A stretch of DNA of 64,000 bases from NCBI RefSeq assembly GCF_032191835.1, contig NC_083223.1:114452001-114516000 (forward strand), read 5' to 3'. Below, in pieces: positions 47,446-60,700 of the stretch (the first letter of the stretch is position 1; each line of letters begins with the position of its first letter). The translations under genes and the position numbers were made by a program. This DNA is from Heteronotia binoei (taxonomy: Eukaryota). The notes beneath the pieces were generated by a model. That model was given only the letters and a program-made list of their open reading frames with translations. It had not been told where the DNA came from and ran no database searches.

Positions 47446-48824
47446 TCTTACATTATCTTTACAGCATTCAGTTCTCAAAAGCCAGAAAATCACAGGAAAG
47501 AAAAGGAGGTACAGACAGCATGCCTACCATTATAAAGGAAGAATCTTAGTAAAATGAAGAAAGCTGTCACTCAAGTCCAAATGCCAAAAATCAAAAACAG
47601 TGATTCAGCCAAATGAATGATATTTTGTTCCTCAGCTTCTGAAACACATACAGGCAGAAAATACATGCATTACATATTGTGTGTGTGTGTGTGTGTTTTA
47701 AAAAGGCAATGCTAGTTTCTCCTTGAGACAGAGAATTGGGATGAAAGTCTCAACATGTGCTTTTACCTAACCCACAAAAATCTGTTGATATAATAAAATG
47801 AATCTCCCTTGTGAAAAATTCTGCTTAGCTAATTTAGAAACCATGAAAACATAATTACTTCCATTTGAATGCTTAAGTAATGCTGTGAGGCAGAGTTTTC
47901 TGCTGACAAAGCCCCAGAGGACTCTTTTTAAACATAGTAAATCAAACACTTGGGTAGAAAATTTGTAATCCAGCCTTTTAAAGATTTGCTAGTTAAGGAA
48001 TAGATAAAAACTTCTCCTGAGACTTGAGAACTGGGTTAAGGAGTCATGTTCTTGTTCTTAAACCAATATTGTTGTTAATAGGGTTGGTCAGCATGTGTAC
48101 CCAAATAAATAATCAATCAGGTGAGTCTCTTTTTTTTTTCCAATAAAGGCTTAAATCTAGCAACTGATTCTATAAATGCTTTGCTTCAGCTCTTAGAAGA
48201 ATACAGACCTTTGCTGATAGTTCTCCTCAATAACTGGCAAGTGATTCTGACAGGGAAAAGCAACATAATAAAGATAAGCCAGTTGTATTCATTTTCCTTA
48301 GACTCAACAAGTTACAGGGTTATAAGAACAAAGGGTAAACTAACAAATAAAAACAATGCATAAAACACTTGTCTTTCCATCCTCTCAATCTCAGCCTCCT
48401 CTGGCCACCAAACTGGCTCCTTCTAATCTATCCAAGCTTTATGTTACCCATCCCTTTTGAACCTAGCCTAGTTACTCCATCTTCTCCTTTCTGCTCAATA
48501 AGCCTGATGTTTGCCCTGACACAATGCAACACCTACTTCTCTAGGTTCTTGTTTCTTCTAAATGGGGACATTGTACATGTACTCATGTGTTGGCTATGTT
48601 TGGACTGACTAGTCACAGGTGGATAACTCTAGTTAATATGACTGTTTATTTGCAATTGCTTTAATGAGTTTCATTGTATCCTGCATTTTGTGTAACATTT
48701 CATTACATTGTATGTTGGAATTTGTCTCTCCTCCTTGCCATTCAGTCTATTAGTGTGAAGGCCATATACATGCTACCCCCTCCCCATTTCCTAGGAAACA
48801 GAAATAAATTTTAACTGGATGGCA

Positions 48825-49235
48825 GTTTTGAAGGCAGATTTTTCCCCTCCCCAGGCACCACTCTTAAATCTCCAGGAATTTCTCAACTCTGAACAGGCAA
48901 TCCTAGTTGGACAGTACAAGATGAAGTAGTCTGTTAAGAATCAGGATGATTAGAACCTTAAAGGTAAAAACTAGAACTTTGATCAATGTCTGAAAATAGT
49001 TGGGCAGACAATGGAAATACTTTGGAACAGAGGAGATAAGATCCCTGTAGCCAGTTCCTGGCAATAGCCTGACTGCTGGATTGTGGATCAATTAAGCTGC
49101 TTTCAAAGGCAGCCTCATGTAATGGCCGTTACTGTAATCTAGCCTGGATGCAGTCAGAGCATAGATCACCATGCTACATGACAAGAAGCAAATATAAGCC
49201 TCCAACCACAGGCCAGGATCCAGAAGCATCCCCAA
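48825..49235 (-). mobile_element. MITE remnant plus old L2 fragment
   Basis: aaatctccaggaatttctcaac..ggcaatccta MITE end, followed by L2-like aaaggtaaaaactagaac and gtaatctagcctgga. Confidence 0.5.
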
Positions 49236-49759
49236 ATTACAGGCTTGCTCCTTTCAGAGGACTGAAACCTTGTGGAAGTGAATATATGGTGTTTAAAAGA
49301 AGCTCTGATAAGATGCAAGGTACACATTTTGTGCTAGACACAAAATTTTAAATACACAGAAAAACAGGTTGCTCACCTGTAACTGATGATCTTCGAGTGG
49401 TCATATGTGCATTCACACCCATGGGATTAGGGTGCCTGCGCCGATCCCGATAGGTACCTAGAAAGCACGGGATTTTCACACCCACGCCCAGTGAGCATGC
49501 GCCAAGCCCCAAGTATGCATGCCCACAAAGTGGGGCACGGACGTCCCACCAGTTCCTTCTGACCACTGTCAAGGTCAGACAAAGGAGGACCAACAGTAGT
49601 GGGGAAGGAGGGCGGGTAGTGTGAATGCACAGATGACCACTCAAAGATCATCTGTTACAGGTAAGCAACCTGTTTATCTTCTTCGTGGTCTCTGTGCTTC
49701 ACACCCATGGGAGGATGGTGCTGGAAGTCATCCAGAAGTAGCAGCCTGTAAGACCAGAT

Positions 49760-50760
49760 GTCCCACTTGAGCCTTCTGGTGTCTGCGCACATCCAAAGCA
49801 CAATGTCTCATGAAGGTATGCGGCGAAGCCCAAGTAGCCACTTTGCAAATGTCAGCCAACAAAGCACCTCAAAGGAAGGCAGTGGATGTGACCAGGGCCT
49901 GTGTGGAATGCCCATGCACGGGGCCTGGTAAGGGTCTTTTAGCTAACAAGTAGCAGAGCTTAATAGTCTCTGTTAGCCATTTTGACAATCTTTGAGATGT
50001 AATCTAAGTTCCTAGCCTAGCAGTAGCATAGGAAACAAACAAATGGGGGTCCTTCCTGTAAGCTTTCGATCTACTCAGGAAGAAAAACACAGCTCGTTTC
50101 ACGTCCAATGAATGTAACCGTCTCTCCTCCTTGGAAGACGGTGAGGGGCAGAATGTTGGCGGGAAAATGTCCAAACTAAGGTGAAACTCCGAAACTATCT
50201 TCAGAAGGAACGAGATGTCAGGAGCCAATGAAACGTGATCCTCTTGAAAAGAAAGGTGAGGGGGGGTCACAATGCAAAGCCATGAGCTCCCCAACTCTCT
50301 TAGCCGAGGTAATGGCAACCAAGAAGGCTGTTTTCCATGGGAGGAGGTTCAATGGACAGGTGGCCATAGGTTCAATGGGCAACCTAACAACTTATCCAAC
50401 ACCAAGGAAAGGTCCCAAGGCTCGGTGGGCTTCCTAGTGGGTGGATGCAGACGAAGCAGGCCCTTAAGAAATCTCTTAGTTTGTGGATGCGCAAACACAG
50501 AAAAGTCGTCTATGGGGTCATGGTGAGCTGTAATAGCAGCTAGATAAACACAAACTGAAGAGTAATTCAGGCCTGCATCCACTAAAGAGAGCAATAACTC
50601 AAAAATTAGTGGTATCCCACTGCATGCGCATCACCATTGGGATTCCCCAGAAAGTCCACAAACTTAGACCACTTGTAGTCATATGAGTGCCAGGTAGAAG
50701 GCTTGCGGCTGTTAAATAAAATGTGCTGGACTATTGCTAAAAAGCCTGAGGAGTAATCCA
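49760..50760 (-). pseudogene. DIRS tyrosine recombinase, broken
   Basis: YLAAITAHH..HPQTKRFLKGL..PWDLSLVL, LHSLDVKRAVFFFL and a degenerate HST/ATW region near 49830-49920. Confidence 0.82.
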
Positions 50761-51243
50761 CCATGCTGTTAGTTTGAGGTGTGGAATGTTGTGGTGCAAG
50801 AGCTTCCCTCCCTGGATGCACAGAAGATCTGGGTTCTGGGGAAAAAAGGTGAAAGAACCCATTAGCTAGACCTAGCAGAATAGGGAACCAACTCTGCCGT
50901 GGCCACCATAGCGTTATCAGAATGCAGTCTGGATGTTCCCGTAACATCTTGTTAGCTACTCTGGTCAGCAATGGAAGGGGTGGAAAGAGGTATAGGAATT
51001 TCTCATTCCAAGGGAAGAGGAGACCATCTCCCAATGAGTCTATGCCTGCCCCACCCTGGAACAGTAGGCTGGGCACTTCCGGTTCAGAGCTAAAGCGAAC
51101 ACATCTACCACAGGACAACCCCATTGCTGGAACACTGGTGACAGATAAGACCAGCTGATCTCCCACTCATGTATCTGAGCAGCCCCCCTGCTGAGAGAGT
51201 CTGCTTGAATGTTGAGCTCTCCTGGGAGATGGGATGCCACCAA
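50750..51243 (-). pseudogene. DIRS methyltransferase-like domain
   Basis: VVDVFALALNRKCPAYCSR and LYLFPPLPLLTRVANK..WWPRQSWF motifs follow RNase H. Confidence 0.75.
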
Positions 51244-52600
51244 GAAGGTCTATAGGCTTAAGCACTCCTCTCAGATGTCCATTGCCAGGGCACACAGTTT
51301 TCTCAACACTGTCCCACCCTGACGATTGATGTAGCTGAGCACTGTCGTATTGTCCGTCAGAATTGCCACTGTGCAATCAGTGGACGAAATGACCAAAGAG
51401 CATACTGGATGGCTAGAAGCTCCAAGAAGTTGATGTGATGATGCAGGAAAGCGGGGGCTCACGGGCCTCTCACAAAGAGGCCATTCAGGTGAGCTCCCCA
51501 ACCCCACAGGGATGTGTCAGTGGTGACTGTCACAGATGGGGGTGGGAGATGAAATGGTGCTCCCTGTAAGATGTTGTTTTTCTCTCTCCACCAGTCCAGA
51601 GACCAGATGACCAAGGGAAGAATCTGGAGAAACTGAAAAGGAGATCCTACCAAGCTGCGGCATTGTTTCAGAAACCAGAGTTGCAGAGTTCGCATTTTCA
51701 ACTTGGCAAAGAGAAGCACATTGGTTGTCACCGCTGTAAGTCCCAGAAGATGCTGAATTTGAAAAACTGAGCCCATCCTCTGAGATTGCAGGAGGCTGAC
51801 AAGGGATACTATATCCTCCACTTATTGTTGGGGAAGGAAGGCCCTGTGTAGGTTGGTGTCTAGCACCACTCCTATGAACTGTACCACAGTGACTGGAACA
51901 AGATGGGATTTCTTGGAATTTATCTTCAAGCCCAAGTTGGTAAGAAGATTCAGAGTCAGGTCGAGATGTTGCAGGAGAAAGTCTCTTGAGCTCGCCACTA
52001 CCAACCAATTGTCTATGTACGGGAACAGAACTACTCCTTGAAGACACAGGTAAGCCGCCACCACCACCATGGTTTTGGTGAATACATGTGGGGCAGTGGA
52101 CAGAACAAAGGGAAGGGCCCTGTACCTGAAGTGATCTGGACCTATCGCAAAATGTAAGTACTTCCTGTGGCGAAGGTGGATGGTAATATGGAAGTACGCG
52201 TCTTGTAGATCCAATGTAGTCATTCAATCCCCTTGTTTGATTAACGGCAGAATGCTTTGAAGAGTTGACACTTGAAATTTTTGGTATGTGAAAAAATCAT
52301 TCAAGTCCCGGAGGTCCATGATGGGTCTGACTCCCCCATCCTTCTTTGGTACTGTAAAATAATGGGAATAAAACCCATGACCCAGAGAGTGGTGGGGAAC
52401 CCACTCTATAGCTTGTGATGGCTAAGGTAAGTTTCTGTAGAAGGTTTTGGACCTCCAGCAGAGCCGGGGAAGGAGGAGTTGCTATGAATACTGACTTGTC
52501 TGGGAGACGAGCAAATTCTATCACATAACCCTCCTCTGCGATGGAGAGAATTCTACGATCTGAAGTAATAAGGCACCATGCTGAAAGATATCGGTGGAGG
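51240..52600 (-). pseudogene. DIRS reverse transcriptase + RNase H, frameshifted
   Basis: EGYVIEF, LDLQDAYFHI, LPFVLSTAPHVFTK, YIDN (YxDD altered), TDTSLWGWGAH and TDNTTVLSYINRQGGT. Confidence 0.88.
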
Positions 52601-52654
52601 CGCGTGGGTCCAGAGGAGGGGGGGAAGGAGAGAGGGTTTGCTAGAATGGAAAAG

Positions 52655-54842
52655 TCAAAGGCCCTGTTTAGGGGTGCGGGTCCCCTTTGCCCTCGTCTGT
52701 TGTGCAGACAGGGATGTAAACTTGCCATTGTTGTCATAGGAAGATCTGTTTCCAGAGTGCGAGGAGCTTGACTTCCAGGTGTGATCTTTAGATTGTTTCT
52801 GGAAAGGCTTCTTATTCCACGGTTTAGACTTAAAGGCCCTCGGGGCAGGAGAAGGGACACCTAAATTGCATGACATTGTAATGCTTTTGTCCATCTTCTG
52901 TAGGACGGAGTCTGTAGTAACACTAAAGAGACCTTCGCCTTCAAAGGGAAGATCTTCTATGTAGGCCTTGGTGTCTGGCTGCAAGGCTGTGGTTCGAAGC
53001 CTGGCATGGCATCGCAGAGTGATGGCTGAGGTAAGTGTCTTTGAAGAAGCATCGACCATGTGCTTAGATGCAGCTAGTTGCTGTTTCGCTAGCAGCATTC
53101 CCTCCCTTTGTAATTTCTTTACTGCGGGAAGCTTATCCTGAGGGAGTGAAGCTAGGTGTCCAAAAAGCTGTTCCCAAAGTGAGCAATGGTAGCGAGCCAT
53201 GCAGGCGGAATAATTAGAGATCTTGATTCCCAATGCGGCTGCCGCCTAAAATTTTCTGCCGGCACTGTCAATCTTTCTACCCTCCTTATCAGGTGCAGTA
53301 GAGTGTACCTTCTGGTTTTTGAAGATGACGAGGAGACCACTACGGAATTGGGGCGTGGGTGTGTGAACAAAAACTCAGCCCCAGTCTCCTGAACATGGTA
53401 CATATGATCCAGCCCACGGGAGGATACTGGAGTGGACACTGGCTAAGACCAGGGTTCCTTGATGATTTGCAGGATCACCTTGGTGACTGGAAGGGCGATG
53501 GCAGTGGATGTGTCATGCTGCATGATATAAAAGACCATATCATCAACTCTAGGCTGAGGTTGAATTATTGGTAAGGAAAGTGACAGGGCCATACGCTTAA
53601 CAAGATATCCATAAGATTTCAGGTCTTTGGAGGGCGAGATGGGGAGATCATCAGCGATCTGAGGGTTTGGAAAAGACTCGGTTCGGATTTTATCAATGGA
53701 GTTTTTGCATTGTATCGGAGGCGGATGATGCTCCCTGGACATCTGAGTGTTCCAACAAGTATGGTGTCGAAGGTAAGTCTTTCGTGGGCGACATGACTGG
53801 AATTTCCGCCAGCTTAGGTTCATGAGGTTTCTCTGTTTTTCAGCCTTCCTGCTGACCGAGACAGTGGCTAACAGTGAACGTTGGGTCGGTGAATGATGAG
53901 ATACCCTGGAGCGGAAGGATGCTTCCGAGCACTGCTCCCACTCCAGCGCATCTCGTGGAGGGTACCATGGGCATGGGTTGAAGGGGTAGCCCCCGTACAA
54001 GTACGACCACTGATGTTGATCCCACGCTGGCGGCAGAGGTGGTCTGTGGAAAGTAGACTGATGATCGATGTCGGGGTCAACCAATCGAAATCTAGGCCGT
54101 GGCTGTAAGGTTGGTTGAGATGCATCAGGGTCTGACGGAGAGTCTCTATCACTATTGCCCCGGGAACCGGAGCAAGGAGAAAACGATAACTGCATCACAT
54201 CGATCTCGGGCTCAGAACCGAGAGGGCCTGAATGAGTAGGATTTCTGGTACTGAGGGGCTTCTCTGACGAGATGGAGATGCCAAGATCTGTTTAGGTGGA
54301 ATCATTGAGACCGCAGTCAGAGTCGATACCGAACCATCCGTGGTTGGAGATGGGGTGTGACTAACACGGTCGCGCTTCTTCTGTTTCTCCTTATCCTTCT
54401 TTTGTTTCTTTTCCTTGTGTGTACAAGACCCCCATGTCCTCCCTGCTTTTCTTCGCAGGTGTTGAGAACTCCGATTGCGAAACCAAGCCCTCACGTTTGA
54501 GGGGGTGAACGGTATAGGACGGCAGCTTGCTATGGGCGCCTGTCTCTGCTGCCGGGGGCGATGTCAATGCCAATAGAGCGGTCGACAACGGTGTCAAAGA
54601 AGTTGAAGCCATTTTACTCAGAGTAAGTGTGGACTCCACGAGAGTAGCTGAAAGGCAGGCTGCCCTATTCTTTCTGGTCTGCTTTCAAAACCAAGCAAAG
54701 TGAGGGCAGGAGTCGACTCGGCTCTGAGGCACAGCAAGCAGAGCGAGTGACCATCATGAGGAGCTTTTTTACTGCTGCAACGCTCACAGCACTTGAAGAA
54801 CCCCCACCGCTTCTCCATAGACCGAGCGAAGCGTGAGTCCAA
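52655..54842 (-). pseudogene. DIRS gag-like ORF1 (N-terminal CxxC..H..CxxC finger; LAP2alpha-like C-terminal region), broken
   Basis: FKCCERCSSKKAPHDGHSLCLLCL (54618-54842) and SKTLTSAITLRCHARLR...IEDLPFEGEGLF (52655-53233). Confidence 0.8.
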
Positions 54843-55361
54843 ATGGGGTGGGAAATGGTAGGGTACCCCGAAGGGTCAGAAAAAGAGTCAATAACTCCCC
54901 CACTTCTTTTCCTTTTCTTTTTTATAGTAGAAATAGGATGATAGAAGAACCGGGCAAAAAGGCGAAAAGGCAATAAAGGTAAGTACCAACCGGAGCTGGG
55001 AAGAACAGACTGTTCGACGCAGCGGTCAGAAGAGACGCGGCGGGATGCCTTTGCCCTGCCTTGTGGGCATGCACATGAGGGGTTTGTCGCATGCTCACTG
55101 GGCATGGGTGCGAAAATCCCAGGCTTTCTAGATACTGATCAAGATCGGCACAGGCACCCTAATCCTATGGGTATGAAGCACAGAGACCACGAAGAAGATT
55201 TATATATTGCCCCAAATTTATTCACATTTTGTAAAATATACTGGAAATTAGAATATGTGCAAGTTGTAATATATTTTAACAAATGGGAAAAAACAATGTG
55301 TTTGCTGCCATCAATATAAAACCTGAAAAGTGCAGAGGACAAAATAAGACTGAACACATTG

Positions 55362-55859
55362 TGTGTTATGGACACAAGCCAATATTTGGCACAAACTCGG
55401 CCTGGTTTGTAGTCCATCGCACCTTCTCCAAGCTTTAACTAGTCTTTTGTCCGGTTTGGCTATTCAGGTAATTTAAACCTAACAGCTGAGCAGTGTGGGT
55501 CCACAGCTCACCTGGTAAGTTTAAATAACTACAAGCCATTTCAACACTCCATTTTGCTTCCTCCAGATTCAAAGCGGAAGGAGCAAAATGGAGCACTGAA
55601 ATGCCAGCCATTTAAACTTAACAGTGAGGCAGGTCCCCCATTACATTTAAATGGTGATGAGCCACTAAACCAATCCACTTTGCTCCCAGTACTTCAAAGT
55701 GGGGGGAGCTAAATAAATGGATTAAATAACTGCCCTCCTGGGCAATCACCCCCTTTCTCCTGGCCGGTTCAGTTTGGGTAGGTTTTTTTTTTTTTGCCTG
55801 GTTCAGTTTGGGAACCACCAAAAACTGAACCAGAATTTTTAGGTTCATGCCCATCTCTA
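55362..55859. mobile_element. Probable hAT-type MITE (TAGAGATGGGCA-like end)
   Basis: Right end gttcatgcccatctcta with ggttcagtttgg subterminal repeats. The left end is degenerate and I found no TSD. Confidence 0.4.
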
Positions 55860-57024
55860 TTAAATAGGAAATGTACAATTTTTAAATTTTCAAATACCTT
55901 CCTCCTTTAACATAAGGTTCAATCAGTCTGTGAGTTAATGTTACAAGTAATATTGTGGTGTGATAGGATTTTACAATTGCCTACCAAGCCGATCCACAAT
56001 TCATTGGCTTTTGACTTCTGGGGTTGGAAAATGCCGAGCTGAATTGCTTCTCAGAAGAGGAGCAGGCTGGGGCTTCTGTTCGGGGTAGTGGAGGGCAATT
56101 TAATGCCTACTGCCTACTTTTCTCAGTCAGACATCAGTCCAAGATATGCACAGGAAACTCTGAGGAGATTTACCTTGACTAAAAGGGAGTCCTGGGGGAG
56201 GCTCCTTTGAGGGGTCTCCGGAGACGAATTGCATATTCATCAACTGCAGAAGTTTCCAGAGTCATTTATTTGACACAAGCTCGACAGGATCCTAACCTTC
56301 TTTGAGACTGCTAAACATCTAAAGCTATACAAGACCGGTGTTGGATCTGGATAACTGCAGAAAAAGGTACTGATGACTATCTTCACTCTGGGACTATTTA
56401 AAGTTAAACAAAATAAAATCAGAAGGTGGGAAATAGAGATTCAGAAAGTTTGGAAGAAGAAGGGGCGAAATTTGAATTTTGTAAATTTAAAGGACAGTGC
56501 TAAAAAGTGGAAAGGAATTTGCAGCTCTCACAGTCAACACAGGAAATACATCAAACATCACAAGATCTTTTTACCAGTAAAAACGGGATTTGGTGGCAAG
56601 AAAAGCAGGAAGTGTCGGATGGAAAAGGGAAATCACTGAGGCAGCTAGCCTACTCTAGGACTATAATATCATAGAAAAACATCGGCAGCCATTGCTAGGA
56701 GGTCAAAATTTAAACAAAGTTTTTCAAGTGTTCAGGAAAATAAAAATTGGTGAAGCTGACAGAGGTGACAATTATAAGGTAAATATTATTGGACGTTATC
56801 GCTGATAATTATTTTAGAAGCCTTTTGAAGGAATTTTTTTTAAAAGGGAAGCAGAAAGTCGTGACCGCCATTTTGGAAGAAATAAAAACTTAAGAATTAA
56901 TGTGAGCCCAGGAAGCTCTGAAGACGGTGAAATTAGGCTTATTGAAAAGGGCAAGCCTTACTCTATCAAACGTGATAGTTTAAATTTAATTTGGAGAGGT
57001 CAAAATTTTTGGTGTTTTTTTTAA

Positions 57025-57787
57025 ATGTCAGAGCATAAGTTAACCCGTGCAAGGACTGCCTCAATGGAGAAAATGCAAAAGCAATTAGAAGCAATGGAAG
57101 CCAGGATGACGAAAGGGGTGAGAGACATGATAACTGCTTAAAAAAGAAATTAGAAAAGACATTGAAGAGCTAATGAAAGATATAGAAGATCTCAGAAATG
57201 AGTCTGTGGTAACATCAAAGAAAGTGCAAGAGGTGGAAGAGAGAGTGAAAGTACATGATTCCACCTTGCTAAAAATGCAAGAAAAGGTGGCAATTCATGA
57301 TTGCAAATTGATGGAAACCCAGATATATCTGAGAGGAGTACCTGAGGATGAAGAGACTGATTTGAAAGGATATATAATAAGAATAACTGCAGAATTTTTG
57401 GAGAAAGATCTTGAAGGAACTAGAAGCATGTATGACTATATGTATAGAGCGAACTCACTATATGCCAAGAAAAATAATCTACCAAGAGATGTGGTTATAA
57501 GATATATGACAAAAGAAATGATGGGGAAAATCTTGAATAAAAAATTTGAAAAGACATTGATAGTGGGAGGCAGCAGAGTAAGAATCATGAAAGAATTGCC
57601 AAGACAAGTGATAAATGACAGAAAAGCATACAAAAAATTGACAGAAAAATTACGTGACAATGAAATGAGGTATAGATGGATAATACCTGAAGGTCTGAGC
57701 TTTGAGCTGCAAGGAAAAAGGATTACAATTACAAGCACGCAGGAACTGCATAGGTTTTATGAAGAACATAAAGAATTTGCACCATGA
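57025..57787 (+). pseudogene. L1 ORF1 (coiled coil + RRM/CTD), one frameshift near 57140
   Basis: MSEHKLTRAR... then MKDIEDL...LRGVPEDEE...PRDVVIRY...RIMKELP...YRWIIPEGLSF. Confidence 0.85.
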
Positions 57788-60700
57788 TGGATTACAAATT
57801 ATTATCTTGGAATGTAAATGGACTAAATTCACCACAAAAAAGAAAGGCAACGTTTCATTGGATTAAAAAGCAAAGTTGTAATATAGTTTGTTTACAAGAA
57901 GTGCATATCAAACAAAAGGATTACAAATTTTTATGGAATAAACAACTGGGACTAGAATTTTATTCAATGGCTGAACAGAAGAAAAGGGGAGTGATTTTCT
58001 ATATTAAACAAGAATTGGAGCTGAAATTAGTGCTTAAAGATGGAAGATTTGTAGTGGTAGAAATAATACTAAATGCAAAAAAACCCCGGTGTTATTGGGA
58101 CTGTATGCACCAAATGGTGCAAAGGATGCTTTTTAAAAAGACATTATAGAACAATTTGATGAATTGACTTATGACCAAGTTTTGATAATGGGGGACTTTA
58201 ATGGAACAATTAAAAACACACTGGATATGTCTGGGGGTAAAAAAAATAATAAGGAAGGAAAATTGCCAGTCTTTTTTTGAATTGGTCAAACAAGAAAATT
58301 TGGAGGATATATGGAGGAAATTTTATCCTGAAGTGCGGGACTATACCTTTTTTTCAGCAAGACATAAAACTTTTTCCAGAATTGACATGTTGTGGGGCAC
58401 TAAAGACTTAGGCCTTATAACAAAATTGTCTAAAAAGTTGAGAAGATGGAGATTGAATGAAGATTTACTACAGAATAAAGAAATAGTGACATCGCTAGAA
58501 AATGACACTAAAGCTTTCTTCCAAATAAACGATAAAGAGGATATAGAATTTCAGATGGTCTGGGATGCTTATAAAGCAGTAATGAGAGGAATACTGATTA
58601 CATTGAATAACAAAGATAAGAGGGCAAAAGGAAAACAGATTTTGGACATTCAAAATGAAATAAAGAAAAAAGAAGGGGAACTGAGAAAAGGCTAGGGAAA
58701 AAGAAAATGATAAGGGAGTTTACAATATTACAAATGCAAATGAGACATTTGTTAAATAAAGAACTGGAATGGAATCTGAAAAGATTGCAGCAGAAATATT
58801 TCAAGGGAGCAAACAAACCCAGAAAATATTTGGCCTGGCAACTGAAGAAAAAGAGAGAAAGTAAAATTATTAATAAAATTGTGGTGGATGGAAGAGAGGT
58901 GGTAGATCAAGAAGGAATAAAAAGAGAATTCTTTAAGTATTATGCCAAGTTATTTAAAGGTGTTAAAATAAGGAAAGGAAAGATGGATGAGTACTTACAA
59001 AAGATAAAAATAGCACCCTTAGCAGAAAATATGCGAAAAGTTTTGAACTATCCAATTGAAAAAATAGAAATTGAAGCAGCAATTAATGCAATGAAAAATG
59101 GAAAAGCACCTGGGCCAGATGGATATACAGCTAAATTTTTAAAACCCTCAAAGAGGAGTTAATCCCGAAACTTCAGAAATTGATGAATATGATAAGAACA
59201 AAAGGAAAAATATCAAATATGTGGAAGGAAGCTGTTATTTCGTTGATTCCAAAGGAAGATAGAGATGTTGCGAATGTAAAAAATTATAGACCAATTTCAT
59301 TATTAAATAATGACTATGAAATATATACAAGAATCTTGGCAGAACGGTTTTAACAATATTTGATAAATTTTATAAAGGAAGATCAAGTGGGGTTTCTTCC
59401 CAAAAGGCAAATAAGAGACAATATCAGAACTGTTGTAAATATTGTAGAATATTATGAAAGACATCCAGAAAAGGAAGTAGCATTATTCTTTGCGGACGCA
59501 GAGAAAGGATTTGACAATTTACATTGGGATTTTATGTTTGCAGTAATGGAGAAAATGGAGCTGGGAGAAAGCTTTATAAGAATGATAAAAGGTATATACT
59601 GAACAACGTGCAAGGCTATGTATAAATGCTGATCTTACAGAAGACATGATAATTAGTAAAGGTACAAGACAAGGTTGTCCACTTTCCCCACTGTTGTTTA
59701 TAATGACTCTTGAAATATTACTGATGCAAATTCAAGATAAAGAAATAGAAGGATTAAAAGTAAAAGGATTTACTTACAAATACAGAGCATTTGCAGATAT
59801 GTTTATAAAACCCCATACAAGTCACACCTTTGTTGTTAGCCAAAATACAAGAATATGGGGAATTGGCGGGACTTTGTATTAATAAAGAAAAATCAAAACT
59901 TCTATGTAAAAATATGCAATAAGCATCAAGAATTGCAGAGACTGGCGGGCTGTGAAGTTACCTCCAAGGTAGGGTATTTGGGTGTGGAGATAACAATGAG
60001 GAGTGTTGACTTGTTTGAAAATAATTATGAGAAGCTATGGCGTAAAATGGATGAAGATATGTTAAAGTGGAATAAACTTAATTTGTCACTGTTGGGTAGA
60101 ATAGCCACAATTAAAATGAATATGCTACCAAGAATAATGTATTTGTTTTAAACTATTCCGATTGTGAAAGGCAGTAAACAATTTAATAGATGGTAAAGAA
60201 AAATTTCAGAGTTTGTGTGGGCAGGGAAGAAACCAAGAATTAAAATGAAAATTTTAACAGATGCAAAAGAGAGAGGCGGATTTCAATTACCAGACTTAAA
60301 ATTATATCATGAAGCAGTTTGCTTAGTATGGATAAAAGAATGGATAATGTTGTTAAACAAAAAACTCTTAGCGTTGGAAGGTTATGGAAATAAATTTGGC
60401 TGGCACGCTTATATGTATTATGGGGGAAAAAAGATAGATGGTTTTTTCTCTCACCATTATACAAGAAACAGCTTGCTAAATACATGGATGAAATATAAGA
60501 AATATGGAGATGAGAGAAAACCATTATGAACAGTGCCAGCCAAAGTGATAAAAATAACAGCTGAAACGGGTGAAGAAAAGTGGTTGTCATGTAATCAACT
60601 ATTAAAAATACAAAGTGGCAAAATAGAATTGAAAACTGCTGAAGAGCTGAATAATAAATATGATTTGTTTCAAATGCAAAAAATAAAGAGCTTGGTGGAG

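Larger units (their letters stand above)
49361..55198 (-). mobile_element. DIRS1-like element B, near-complete, frameshifted
   Basis: Inverted terminal repeats at about 49413-49550 and 55041-55175. The internal complementary region 49618-49712 pairs with both termini. ORF order is gag, RT, RNaseH, methylase, YR. There is no TSD, as expected for tyrosine-recombinase integration. Confidence 0.93.

Noticed and set aside
51517-52227. 236-aa minus-strand ORF overlapping the DIRS RT
   Set aside because: S/P-rich alternative frame. DIRS gag/pol overlaps commonly leave such open frames, and I see no independent motif.
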